From Amphiscolops sp. MND2022 (Eukaryota): a stretch of 64,000 bases of DNA. The notes beneath the pieces are model-generated. The model was not told the origin of the DNA and searched no databases. It worked only from the letters and a program-made list of their open reading frames with translations. The stretch is taken from positions 66,590,001 through 66,654,000 of the forward strand of contig OZ076409.1 in the NCBI GenBank assembly GCA_964187785.1. The letters run 5' to 3'. The position numbers were made by a program, and so were the translations under genes. Positions 1 through 12,900 of this stretch are shown one piece after another (position 1 is the first letter of the stretch; every line of letters begins with the position of its first letter).

Positions 1-1777
1 ATCAGATAAAGGACGAGAAACAAAGCAAAAGGAAGACGGTATGCCTCTTCATCGACTTCGAGAAGGTCTATGACACGGTATGGAAGAAGGGCTTAGCTGT
101 CAAGTTGCGGGGAAAAGGAGTAACGGGGAAGTTTATGAACCTCTTGGACAGCTTCATGAACAATAGGGAGATACAGCTGCAAGTAAACGAAATGAAGGGC
201 CCCAACCGAGAATGTGGGGAATACGGGCTCCCACAAGGATCAGTGATATCTCCAATTCTCTTCAAGTTCTTCTTACATGATTTTGAGGAAAGTTTTGATG
301 ATCGGAATAACATAGCCATATACAAATTCGCTGACAACGGAACAGTCAAAGTTTCGGGAAACAAGTTGGGAGAGGCAATGTCAGAAATGAAGATTGTGAT
401 GAACGCTATCGATGTATGGACGAAGCGGTGGAGAATGGTGATAAACTGTCAGAAGGACAAAACAGAACTCATTCATTTTTCACCGGCGGCAAAACAACAA
501 CAGTTGTATCCAATACCTCTTGGGAGCAATAGTATACAATTTACCTCAGCAACAAAAGTATTGGGAGTCTGCATCGACAATAAACTATCTTTCGAAGATC
601 ACAGCTGTAAAATGGCGAAGAAAATGTGCAACAGATGGAGGATGATTACCAGATTAACGAGCAGGACCAATGGTCTCAATCACCAAGTCATAGTAAAACT
701 CATTACAACTACATTTCTTCCGATTCTTCTCTATGGGGGTATAGTATGGATGACAACCAAGAACATTCGGTCGATAAATGGTATCTGGTACGAAATGTTG
801 AAGCGATCCATTGGGGCAATTTACAATGTAAACCAATCCATTGCAGAGGTTATTACAGGTCTACCACCGCTGTCGGTCTGGAACAAGATGAACTCTATTA
901 AACACTACCTGAAAACATTTCAACAGAGCGGGGTTTCCAAAAACGACGTGTACATGGACTACATAAACAAAAAATTAGTGGCTGCCCAGGATCAACAATC
1001 GCAAAAGGTTTGAAAGACGTGGTTCGCTTCCTGGAGTGGAAAAGAACCGAACGCCCGGGGTGTTTTACTGAAATCGAACACAGTCTAATGGAGGAGCAAA
1101 AACGTAACCTGAGTCGATTGGTCTACCTTAGCTCGAACTGTTACTCATACGACAGAAGTCTTATAGCAAAGTACTCTGAAATTCTGTGGCAGGAGTCGAT
1201 AAACAATACGTTGTCGCTAGAGGGAAAAGCGAACATCCCAAAGGTGTCGTGCGAGCCCTTACCGATTCCACCGGACTTCTCACGACTAGATGAAGTGCTG
1301 TATATGAGTTTATTTTATGAAAACAATACAATGTACCATTTTCTTTGGCAACGAAGTCTGGTAGAATCGCCCCTATGCCGATGCATGGAAGATATTCAGA
1401 CTGTAGAACACATTTTGTGTGATTGTCCAATGGTAGAAGAAGATGTGAAGCGTCAACTAGATGAATTCAACTGGAAGAACCTGGGTTACGGGCGTGCAGA
1501 CATTACAGTAGACCTTTTGAACTGTTCGAGGAATCCAGAATTAGCAACAATTTGCAAGAAGATTATAAGAAACCCGAAGCTCAAATTATGGCAGCAGAAA
1601 TAAGAGACAAACAGAAGTAGCTGGTTATCATAAAGACGAATGGAATTTGCAAAAAGAACAAGCGCTCCGAAGAAAGCGCATCAGAGAAATTATAGAGAGG
1701 TCAAAACAAAGCCAGAGTACCTCTATGGACACTAAAATGCCCACAGTAGGCAGTAAAAGAAATCATCATCATCATTA
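1..1777 (+). mobile_element. Decayed non-LTR retrotransposon (LINE) 3' part: RT and C-terminal CCHC domain, ending in a (CAT)n tail
   Basis: RT motifs FIDFEKVYDTVW, GLPQGSVISPILF and KFADN (canonical FADD mutated). Frameshift at about 1010 between ORFs 105-1013 and 1010-1603. C-terminal CRC-x8-H-x4-C. Repeat ATCATCATCATCAT at about 1762-1775. Confidence 0.85.
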
Positions 1778-1968
1778 TATCCGAACTTCTGAAGCGTTTT
1801 CCCAGCACGGAAGGCTTCCTTTGGGTGAAACTTTTTTGTGTGTTCTAACCCCGTTGTATTTTTTCGGCACTGTGAGATTAAGAATTTTAAAAAAATCCTC
1901 GACGTTTTGAAGTACTTTTGCTCCTTTCGAGCCTTGAGCGGGCGACGACTTTGCCGTTCCCTGCTTGT

Positions 1969-2627
1969 TTTTAGTCGGCGCTTCATGAAGTGAAACGCGA
2001 CTATTATAGTGACTTTTTTTTTCTATCCACACGAACTGACCAAAATAGTTCTACAAAAGTTCTACAAAATATTATTGCATCAAAATGCACTATTTGGTCT
2101 AGCGAACTGAACCAAAAAGGTTTTTCCTGTTTTTCCGCGTAACATACCATACCGGGCGAGACCAAAGACTCCCCCCTTTCATTTTTTTTCGGCACTGCGA
2201 GACTTTTTTTTCGAAAAAAAATTTTTCCCCAAAGGGTCCCCCCTGCATTTTTTTTCATGTTTTGCGACAGAATGGATGTTGAAAAATCCCAAAGGGTCCC
2301 CCCTTTCAGTTTTTTTCGGCATTGTGAGATTTTTTCCCGAAAATGAAAATTTTTGTTTTCTTCAGTTTTTTCTTGTTTTGCGACAGAATGGATGTTGAAA
2401 AACCACAAAGGGTCCCCCCTTTCAGTTTTTCGGCATTGTGAGACTTTAGCGCGCCAGCCCTGGCGCGCCACTCGGTCCATTTTTTTGAGTATGTAATTTT
2501 TGCGAAAAATTTTTTTTCAAAAAATTTTGATTTTCGAGTACTGTAAAAGAGTACTTGACACCTGGAAGTCTTTTTGCTATTTTTGAGCCTTGGATATGGC
2601 GCCGACTTGGGCCGGTCCCGGCTTGTT
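1969..2627 (+). mobile_element. Non-autonomous Helentron/DINE-1-like (HINE) element, family 1
   Basis: 5' AGTCGGCGC (1973-1981) with a nearby partial inverted copy GCGACTA. 3' sub-terminal GCGCCGACT (2599-2607) followed by a GC hairpin and CTTGTT. T-rich flanks and internal AAAGGGTCCCCC repeats. Many related copies in the window. Confidence 0.65.
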
Positions 2628-2900
2628 TAATTTTATTTTTGTTTCAATCCGCTCTATTTGGCCAAATGAGTTCTGGAAGAGCTTATTTTCGCCCAAGATC
2701 TGAAGCGGATCCCCTTTCATTTTCCTATGAATTTATTTTACTCACAAAGCTTCAAGAGTTTTTTGTCACTGTGCATGCCTTTTTCAATTTCTCAGAAGGG
2801 TCGTCCCTCTGAATATTTTTTCGCCCCTTCAAGACTTTTGAGAACAGCTTTTCTCAAACAGCCTGAGTATATGAAAAAGACTGCTCGATTTCAGCTTTAA

Positions 2901-3014
2901 CAGATGCCCCGGCTCATACCGTCCTCTGCTTGTTTCAGTTGAAATTTTCCTACTCGCAGCGTAAAGTACATTCAACATGAAACAAGCAGAGGACGGTATG
3001 AGCCGGCGCATCTG
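2901..3014. repeat. Inverted repeat/hairpin with 37-bp arms and 1 mismatch
   Basis: CAGATGCCCCGGCTCATACCGTCCTCTGCTTGTTTCA (2901-2937) pairs with TGAAACAAGCAGAGGACGGTATGAGCCGGCGCATCTG (2978-3014). Confidence 0.9.
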
Positions 3015-3365
3015 TATGAGCCAACGCCAGGAGCGATATATACTTCTCAGCAACTTCTTTTCAAAAGTTGCTGAGAAGTATATATTACTCCTTGCGTTCT
3101 TTTCATCAAGTTGTAAAGCCATAACAGCAGATGTTGGAAATGTACATTTTTTTTACATTTCATCTGAAACTCACAGCTAGATATTATTGTTCCAATTTGA
3201 TATCCATGATATGAATTTTGATTTTTAAAATTCCATTTTGAAAACTACTTTCCTCCCATCATTTCTCCTTCAGTTGGTTTGTAAGCCCCTATTTGGAATG
3301 TAAAAACTCTGGGGAGTATTGACAAGTGTCGTTTTATGAGAAAATTTTTGTGATACTGTTAGAGC

Positions 3366-3888
3366 GGCACCACGACAATTCGTACAAACGACATTTCGTA
3401 CCATAGCCAAAAACCCGACATTTCGTACACGGACAATTGGTACAAAAATGAAACCGGACATTTCGTACAAAAGACATTTCGTACAAAATTAAATTGAACA
3501 GATTTGCAAAATATGTTGTAAACAACAGAATTACTAGCTTTCAGTGCTGTTACAGCCAATATGTATGGAACTTGATTCAATTAAAGAGGTTAGCATATAT
3601 GTTGTATGGCTCGGTCGCTTTGCTCCCTTCGCCAAGTAGCAACATTGAGGCATGACCAAATGGCATGTCGCTCCGCTTCGCTTCGCTCCTGCATTTAGGG
3701 CACTAGGGGTATGTGAACATAGCTGACTACGTTATAATAGTAAATTGTATAATATAAATTGCACGAAATGTCGGGTTTCAATTTTGTACGAAATGTCTGG
3801 TTTCGCTTTTGTACGAAATGTCTGGTTTTGGTTTTTGTACGAGATGTCGTGTGTACGAAATGTCGTGTGTACGAATTGTCGTGCCCCC
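3366..3888. mobile_element. Mutator/foldback-like MITE
   Basis: TIRs (CACGACAATTCGTAC ... GTACGAATTGTCGTG) and subterminal GACATTTCGTAC arrays in inverted orientation. Flanked by a 9-10 bp direct repeat (C)TGTTAGAGC at 3356-3365 and 3888-3897. Confidence 0.8.
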
Positions 3889-4839
3889 TGTTAGAGCTTC
3901 CAAAAATTCAATTCCTAAAATAGAAGTTTTGGGTTTGTGGGAGTATTGACAAAATATGATAAAAAGTACGCGTTGCTTCCCTTGTTGGCATTGTTTGTTG
4001 AACAAATTCTTCTCGTGACAGCGTGTCACCGTAGAAGGCTCACTCAGACTTGTTGAAGTGAGAATTTCATTCATTGAGGGCTATAAAACATAACTCGTGT
4101 TTTAAAATTTCCATTTTTGATCAAAGAGTGTCAAGTGTGTCAAGGGTAAATTTATCCTCTGAATTACGATGCCTTTATCAAGACTGATAAAATTGATATA
4201 AAAGGAAGCCCCACATCAGATAGAAACAGAGTATCATTGTTTCACATTTGAATTGCCCAAAGCCTCTGCTTAACTTGAACGATAAAACAAAAAAGGTGAG
4301 TTTCCTTTGATCATACTGGTTGAATTAATTTCTGAGAATGAATCGAAACTTTTTTACATCTTGTAATTCGACAGATTTGGTTCTGTAATACGAAGTTGCA
4401 TTGATTTTTGGGAATCGTTAAATTTTTTTGGTTCAAAATTTCTTATTATTTTCGAGTCTTTAGCGTTTAGCTCTCAAAGATCTAAATTTTCATCACAAGA
4501 GCATTTTCACCTAGTACTTGAGTTTTAAATGCGCTGCATAAATAGAAAAGCCGACGACGGCGCAACTTAGCACCTGTTTAAAGCTCAAAAGGCGCAAAAA
4601 ATATTCATTTTCTTTAACTGAAAACAACCAAAAAATCAATGGATCCTTTGGTGAAATGAAAAATTCTTGAAAGAAAAGTCGCACAGTGCCGAATGCGGCA
4701 AAGGTTTTTCTGGCCTTGTAGTATGGTGCTAGATGCATTGTATAGACTTGCTCCTTGAAAAAAAACCAACGAAGTTGAAAAAATTGAACAAAGATTTTTT
4801 GATACTAGCTCAATTATTGAACTTAGATTCTGTTTACAG

Positions 4840-5097
4840 GCAAGCTCTTCGAGAATACAAGAAAAAGCGCCGCCTGTTTCAACAAGCTCGCCAACTGCTA
4901 GCAGCTCTACAATGGGAAATCGTCACTCTACCCCCGAAGCGGTTACCAGCTCGAACGATTCTATCGAACAGCCGGTGATCATCTCTAACAACAACCAGTC
5001 TATTGGCTCCGATGTCTACTCCGCAGCCGATAGGGGGCTGGAAAAACCAGTGATGGACCGCAGCAGCGCTAGTGACAAGGAATCTGGAACCTACTAA
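4840..5097 (+). CDS. Possible terminal coding exon (Ser-rich) of an unidentified host gene
   Basis: Acceptor TTCTGTTTACAG ending at 4839, open phase-0 frame to TAA at 5097, higher GC than the flanks. Upstream exons not identified. Confidence 0.35.
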   Translation, partial: ASSSRIQEKAPPVSTSSPTASSSTMGNRHSTPEAVTSSNDSIEQPVIISNNNQSIGSDVYSAADRGLEKPVMDRSSASDKESGTY

Positions 5098-5686
5098 TCT
5101 GGTTGACCTCAAAAGAGGTGATTGGATTTGACCCGTGTTCCAAATGCCGTTGACCTTTATCCCAGCTAAGGTCAAGTTTGATCACATTGACTGATGATGA
5201 TCACGATGATTATGCCGTTTTATTTATTTTACATTGAAGATTTATAAAATGATATTTTGATGATTTTCCATACATGAATTTTCACTTCCTCTCCTGTGTT
5301 AGCTGAAAAGCAAGGTAGCTGACATGTGTGTGGATTTTCAGCAGATTAGGAGGAACCTGTGACTGCTGTTGATAATTTTAGTTCACTTAAACTGCCCACA
5401 AACTAACTTTGAATGTTTTGAATTGATTCAGCCTTAGAGGTGACTACAATTGAAATACTACATTTTGATTTTATGACTTAGATTCAAATTAGTGCTATAG
5501 CTAGTTTATTATTAACGAAATGAAAATAAATGCTTACCCATTGATACATGTACTCATCAACTTGCAAAGCAACCCATCTTATACTCTTTTAATCGACCCC
5601 CCCCCCTCCCCCAACCTTCGCTTACTGTTCAGTTTACTACCTACCCTTTCCGTGTGTTTGATGAACCATGCCCTTTGAAGATGAAC

Positions 5687-5711
5687 TAATTAATTAATTA
5701 ATTAATTAATT
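5687..5711. repeat. (TAAT)n microsatellite
   Basis: taattaattaattaattaattaatt. Confidence 0.85.
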
Positions 5712-8700
5712 GGATCGCATTAGTTGTTCAACACCCAAAGGTTGTTGATCAACTTGAGCCGACAGAGATTCAAACCTTGACCATTCGCCCGTAGCAATGC
5801 GCTAACCGCAGCAAATCTTCAATTGTAAATATTATCTTTCTATCTAATTAATGAGACCATCTTGAATAGTGTGAATACATGAGCAATTTAATTCATATTT
5901 TTTCAATTTAATACCGTTTTCTTCAAGATTTTCCTTGAGATAGATTTTATTGAATAAAAAATGGACAGCTAGAATTTCATGCTTATGAATGCTATCCGAT
6001 CTAAATTTGGGTTTTGAAAACATTTTCAGGAATTATTTTGAAGGTTAGTAAAATGAAATACTTTAATAATATAATACACATAAATTATACACGAATTTCC
6101 CCGGAATAACTAGCATTAGCGAATTTGCATGGAAACGAATAAAGTAGCAAACCCATCATGTTCGCGAGCATTTTTTTCACGATCACAGTCAGCCATTCGA
6201 ATTATCCGCTAATCACAATGAAATCCACCATTCAACATGTCAGTTTAAAAAATGGGCGCAAAGGTACAATAAACAGTTCAGCATTCCCTTGTCTACTTTG
6301 AGTTTGAAACTAAGTTTCTGGTCAGAAAAATTCATACGACATTGAATCTAAACAGTTTTTCCATCTTGAAACTGTCAGAAAATGAAGAGAATGAATCAAA
6401 CCTATCAGCTACATTATGGCGATAAACAATACCTTTGCAAAAAACACGTTTCTGTCAAATGTTTGAATTTTCGTTAATTGGTGTTTTGTCAGTGAAGTAT
6501 GTATAGAGAGGGTCATTCAGACAAATTAATTCTGTTCAGCTACTAGTTTCAGCTAAAGTACTTTCACGCTTGGTTTATTGCAATGATTAGGTTTGCCAAA
6601 ATGAGAAAGTGAATGACAGCACTACTCAATGTCGTTTTTGGAAAGTATTTGTTCACGTTTAAGCAGCGAATATTTTTTAACGCCGCTTTATTGAAAATGA
6701 AACGCGACTATGATAGTGGCTTTTAGACGTTTTTTTTCAATCCACACGAACTGACCAAACTAGTTCTACAAAAGTTCAACAAAATCAAAAATTTGAAACG
6801 TACCGTTTGCCCCAACGAAATGAACTACAATAATTGCCTTTTCTGATATAAACAAAATATCGCGCTATATCCGAATTTTTGATGTTATAACCGGAATAAA
6901 TTCCGTTTTACTAAGAAGGAGGCGGAGATTTGAATCTTACCAGTTTCGATGTTTCATTTCCTTCCAAAGTCGAAAAAAACTATGCTTGAATTTTTCACGT
7001 TATTCCAAGCAAATTACGCTTCATTAGAGACGTCCCTTATTTTCGACAGTTTTATGCCATCTACAAGTTTGTTTTTTGGCACTGTGCGACTGACGAAGTT
7101 TTTTAAGGGGTCCAAATGGTTGCAGAGCGACTCCGTTACATTACTACGTAAATGAAATTGTCCCGTCTTTTGGCCCAGCGTTTAACGCGGATTTCAGGGC
7201 CTGGTTAAGCATTAGTGGTTTCGAGTCCCACACTAAACCAATATTTTCATGCTCGTAAAGGTAGAGGAAAGACCAAAGAACCTGTGGTTTTTCGGTACTA
7301 TGCGATTTTCGTTCTGAGTATTTTCACTAAAGCCTTCTTCAATTTTTTTAGCAGAAACCATGCCTTTGGCGAGCATACAGGACCCTTAGAGTATTTTTGC
7401 ACTATGCCACTAATAGCGGCCATTTTTGATTTTTTGAGTTTTTCTGTTTTTGAAATCCCTTTTCCAAGTCCTAACGGTGACATCTTTGGTTATTTTTAAG
7501 TTCCCTGGTACTGATGAGGGTTTTCCCAATACTGTGGAAACGACCTACGGAGTTTTTGGCACTGTGCGATTTTGATTGAAACTTTTTTAAAATTTGTTTT
7601 TCTTTATATATCCATTTCAGACAAAGCAAGGGTACTCCCTCCGGTTTTTATTGGCACTGTTTATACTCGAGAGTTTTCACAAATGTTGGCCCTTGAATAT
7701 TTCAAACATTTTACAATTTTTGAACCTTGAGCGGGGCGCGACTTGAGCCGTTCCTGGCTTGTTGATTCAAGTGTTTTGTTAAATTGCTCCGAAACGGAGA
7801 CATTGAACTGCTTGTTCAGATCCAGCCTGTAGAATTGGGGGAAAACTTCCAAATGGTAACGATGCCGTCTACTTGGAGCGAAAGAGGGATCTTATGAACG
7901 ACAGGCCAATTCTTCAGGAGGTGCTTCAAAAGGCGACAAATACTATCAGAGGTCCCAATTGAGACCAATTTATGATCACACAACAAATGAGCATAGCTCA
8001 GGCAAGATTATACCGTGAAGGAATCAAAATTACAGTGCTGTGATGAAAGAATGAAACCCCTAATTGATGATAATGTTTGGAGCAATTCATGTATCTGCTG
8101 ATATCTCTGAAAGTATTGATTATCAGAAAAAAGCCTTCAATCAAAATTTCTTGAAATTAAATCTAGATTGGATTCGTATTCGATTGAAACTTCTGTGACG
8201 AATATTGCGGAAATTAGCTTTTAAAACCTCTCTACGGGTAATTTGATTTGGGATCCAAGTTTTTTGTTAACTTTGCGAAATTCCGAAATAATTTCTTTAG
8301 GTTTTAGTTCATCGTTGCCCACTGATTGCATTGTCAAATTTTGAGACCCTCAGTAAATTTACATTCAAAGAAAATCTATAATCGCGACTGAGATTGTTCC
8401 GGTACATGTATCAACATTGGGTAGGACAAAATTTTCAGACCACGGATTTGAAATTTTCTTCTTACGTGTACACATTAGGGAGCTCACAATTTTCGAGTGT
8501 AATCGGTCAATGACGGGCATCTTGAACAAAATCAAAAACTAAGTAATGAGTAGCCTCTAGTCTTAATTTAGACTATGCAACTGGATTTCCAAACTCTTAC
8601 ATGTAAAAAATATTTGCAAACTTGTCTATCGTTCATAATCCCAAAACAGTACGAAGAACTTGAAAGTGTCGTTTGTCAAAATTTTAAAACCAAAATCAAA

Positions 8701-8774
8701 GTTTTGAAAACAGAAAAAAAACAACAACTTTAAAAAACGTGAGAAGAGTTTTGAAGATTTTCTATAATACTTTT

Positions 8775-9286
8775 TTTAGTCGGCGTTTTCGAAGAAAAAC
8801 CCGACTTTTGCAGCGGCTAGTTTTTTTTCGTCAGTTCAACGCGATCGGACCACTTTTTGTGCATTATGCAATTTTACCATATGTACTTAGTACTTCATTT
8901 TCAACGCATCCAAAGCCTCTAACATGAAATACAAAACCATTCAAAAGGAGAAGGGTCCCCCTTTTCACTTTTTTCGACACTATGAGACTTTCCCCCTTTT
9001 TTCCGCACTGTAAGGCTGTTATGTCATTTTTTCCGAAAATTTTTTATTGCTCCCATCAATTTTTTGATATTTTGCAACAATGGATGTTCAAAAAATCCCA
9101 AAGGGCCCCCCCTTTTACATTTTCGGCACTATGCGACTTACCGGAGGCTTCAAAAAAAAATCTGAAATTTTTTCTCAATTTTTAGTTTTTTGAGAGCTTT
9201 TGTTGTCTCCAGTTGTAGAAAAAGTGGTTTTCGAGTCTTATTGAGCCTTAGATATGGCGCCGACTTGGGCCGTTCCCGGCTAGTTA
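8775..9286 (+). mobile_element. HINE family 1 copy
   Basis: Starts TTTAGTCGGCG and ends GGCGCCGACTTGGGCCGTTCCCGGCTAGTT. Confidence 0.6.
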
Positions 9287-9991
9287 ACTTTTAGAGATGA
9301 AATAACGAAACAATTTCTCCTTCAACTTGGTCAACAAAATTGAGCCAATAGAACAGGTGTCCGATTGAGAGCAGCGTTTAACAGATCCGAGAATTCATGG
9401 AAAAAATTGGTGCTTCCCATTTCAACTTGGAACATCCTGCAAAAATCTCTTTTGGTCAATTTTTTTTATACTAAAAAAAACGATCAAGAGACCTGAAACA
9501 GTGATGCTCTAGATGATTGTTCATTATAAGTAATGGAATAAAAGTATTTAAACCTCTTTCCTGCTTGGTATAACTTTGCCATGTAAAATTGAGGTGACAA
9601 ATTGAATTACTTGATATGCAATGCAAAATTAAACAAAATCTGCAACAAATTGGGCTAATTTAAGATTAATGCAAAAAATGAAAACAGCAGCAACATTTAC
9701 CAAAGAAACTGCAACTTCTTCAAATATTATTTTGACAACTCGCGAACGTTGTCTTACCCTTCGAACTTTTCGCGCTTTCAACTTCAAGAAAATCTGTTTT
9801 CTTTTGCTTCACAAAAATTCAGGCTATTACAATCGGAGTGTGAGTATTCATAGCGACTTATTTGCTATCAAATGTTTAATATTGTTTTCCTTTTGTTTAA
9901 TTTTCATCCTCATGCTTTGCAAAGTGATTATAGCATTACAAAAGTAATCACAAAAGCGTAGTTGCAGTTTCCTTCGTTCGAGAATAATTAT

Positions 9992-12900
9992 TCATCTTCG
10001 CTTAGTGTTGGGAGACACAGATGGACGTCGAGGATTTGCACTGGTCGCTGCGGAGGTATGGGCATTTTCACACGTGGGCTTGAAAGTTCTGTTAGGGCTG
10101 AAAGAGTGCGTCTTTTTACCCCTCCCATTACTAGGCACTTCTAAAAACTTCTTATTGGTAGCCGGGCTTTTTGTTTTCATGTTTCCAACATCCTTGGAAC
10201 CCGCTGGCCTCCCCTGGCGTTGTTCCTTGTCTTCCAGAGATGATCCAGAGTTAGTGGACGATTCGGCAGATGCGGCTCGCGCTTCCTCTGCTGGCACTTG
10301 AAGGTCAGACGATGATTTTGTCGGCATTGTGACACTCGAGTTTCGTCTGCTGTTGGTTTCGAAGTTGGCCAGAAGTGTGTCGAGGGTTACTGCCCCGTTC
10401 TCTTCCGAGGCTCTGAATCACAGGGGACCGAGAATAATTTCGAGACATAGATACTAAGAATTTGTCCTTTTTACCTGCCCATATTTCTAATATGGGAAAG
10501 AAGAATCAATCCCTTAGCCGCATTTTCAAAAAAATCTCATACTTTCAACGACGAAAAAAAATGTTTCGTAAGATGATTTTTTTTATGGAGATTTCTAAAG
10601 GTTTAAAAATTGCTTGAAACACGTGCCAAATGTATTTCATCTCTGTTCATGTTTTGAACAACTATTTTTTATTTTTTTTTCTTTGCATAATAAATTCATC
10701 TGCGTTTTACTTGTTTCGCTAAACTATTTCCGGGCCAAAAATGTCCCGGTGCTTAGATGGCGTCTTGCTTTAATTTTAGTTTGAATCCAACCATTCATAG
10801 AACTGCATGATCAGCAAAACTCAATGGGAATTGTTCCATGAAACCATACATACCACTCGTCACATGAATCTCCATATGGCTCCATTAATGGAATTAATTT
10901 CATGATATATTAGATATGGGTTTGACCCTTGATATGAGGACATGTAATCCCTTATTCCATTATACGGAAAAATAGCAAGTATGTATTAGTGCACGAAAAT
11001 GGTCGATAATAACGCACCTCTGGTTTCACTTTTTGAACCATGTACGAAAAGGTGATTTTTTGCGAAAAAGTCGCACAGTGGCGGAAAACCTGAAAGTTAT
11101 ACCTTTTAAGCTCCTAAAATGCATTGCCATAACTGAAAACGAAAAAATTGAAAGAAGGATCCTTCAGTGAACTAAGACAATTCCGAAGTCGCATAGTGCC
11201 GAAAGAAAACCCTAAGAGACCCTTTGGTCCCGAATAGTTTCGAAGATTTAAAACTTGGGTGTAAAGTCTGTAAAGAGGGACCATTCGGTGTGAAGTCTGT
11301 GGTCTCACAAAACACTAGTCTCCGTTATAGTCGGCCACATTTCTTTTTGGAATTCACTGACTATAAAAAGCGAATTAAGAAAAATCATAGCAAAAAGCAA
11401 GATGTTATTAACGATAGAAATTTTGGTACTAACAATGAAACATTAACTATCTAAAATCTAATTATGAATGCTCAATGCGAAATTGGTTGAGAAACCAATG
11501 CAAAACACTAATAAAAACGAAAACGTAAATACAAAATAATTTTTATATTGTTGGTAGGTAACTTGGTCGTGATTCATTCAAAATGATTCAAAATTTTCTG
11601 CATAGTTTGAGTTGTTTCCATGATATACGAAAAATGGCAAACTCATCAAAAATTCTCAATTGATTGCGACAGCCTTTTTCAAAGCTCTAAAGTACATTTC
11701 ACAAATTTCACAAATTTCAATTACCAGAAATTTCGTCTTTTAAAGCAATTCAAAATAAAACAATTTAAAATACAAAAATCTTGGTAAAATGACATGAAAT
11801 TTCCTTCAAGACATTTCCTGCCGACGGAATTTCTGACAGCAAAATTTCGGAGTGAAAATTTCCAACGACGATGTTTCTGCAGATTGCCTTCTTTGGTCGT
11901 TATTCACTTTCACAACTTATGGACATCATTTACCGTCCTCATAATCATAAGTTATTCAAAATTGTGGTAAAAACTTGGTTTTGACAATCTTTTGAAACGT
12001 AAGTCTATATATAGGGCGTAATGTCCTTGAGCGTAATACCCGGACACCATTTTTGACGACGAAACTACTGGCGACAAAATTTCTAACTCCTCAAATTTGC
12101 TATTCAATGATTGTATTACAAAAATTTACCAACAGCTATTTTTTAACTGAACTTTAATTTAAAAAAAAAACATTTAAGACTTACGTTTCAAAAGATTGTC
12201 AAAACCAAGTTTTTACCACAATTTTGAATAACTGTGCTGTTAATATACAAACAAATAACGAACCTAAATGACTGTAATTTGATTTCAACTTTTTAAAAAC
12301 TTTATTTAATTCACCTTATAAATTAGGAAATAAGATCAGATGATTAAATTGTTGGATTTCGAAGATGAAGTTGGTGAGAACTAAAATGGATGAAAAGGGT
12401 GGAAGATTGAAATTGCACCCGTCTAAATGAGAGAGGACGAAATACCGTCACAACTAATTATCGCTTTTCTTCGCATTATTTTATACGCTTTTTTCACTCT
12501 TTACAACCAGTTGAAAATTGACTCGTCTTCGTCATAGCTCAGTTGCTTAGTACTAGGTGCTGTCTTTTAGCTGCTCGTAGGATCGATTCTCACCCACTGC
12601 GAATTTTTGAAGAACGTTTAGGTGACTTGATTATGCACATTTTTGTGTACCCTGTGTTAAGCCAAGTACCGGCAGTTTGAACTTTGCGCTATATATTTTT
12701 TCTCGTTTTGTATACGTTCCGTTCAACTATACTAAACTGCAAGAGACCAAAACACTTCTGTGAATATTTTTATACTTCAGAAAAATTTTCAACAAGTCCC
12801 CCGTATGTGTAGTTTGATATTTTGGAATCATATAGAAGCTAAAAGAGCACAAAGGATCAAATTTTGCAATTCTGTTTGGTATGTATTAGAATATGGAAGG

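Noticed and set aside
2004..2480. 158-aa ORF and similar ORFs in HINE copies
   Set aside because: Chance frames in low-complexity repeat DNA.
12530..12602. tRNA-like sequence (TAGCTCAGTTG...GGATCGATTC); similar B-box-like stretch at about 5755-5810 on the minus strand
   Set aside because: Could not fold a proper cloverleaf. At most a decayed tRNA or SINE head.
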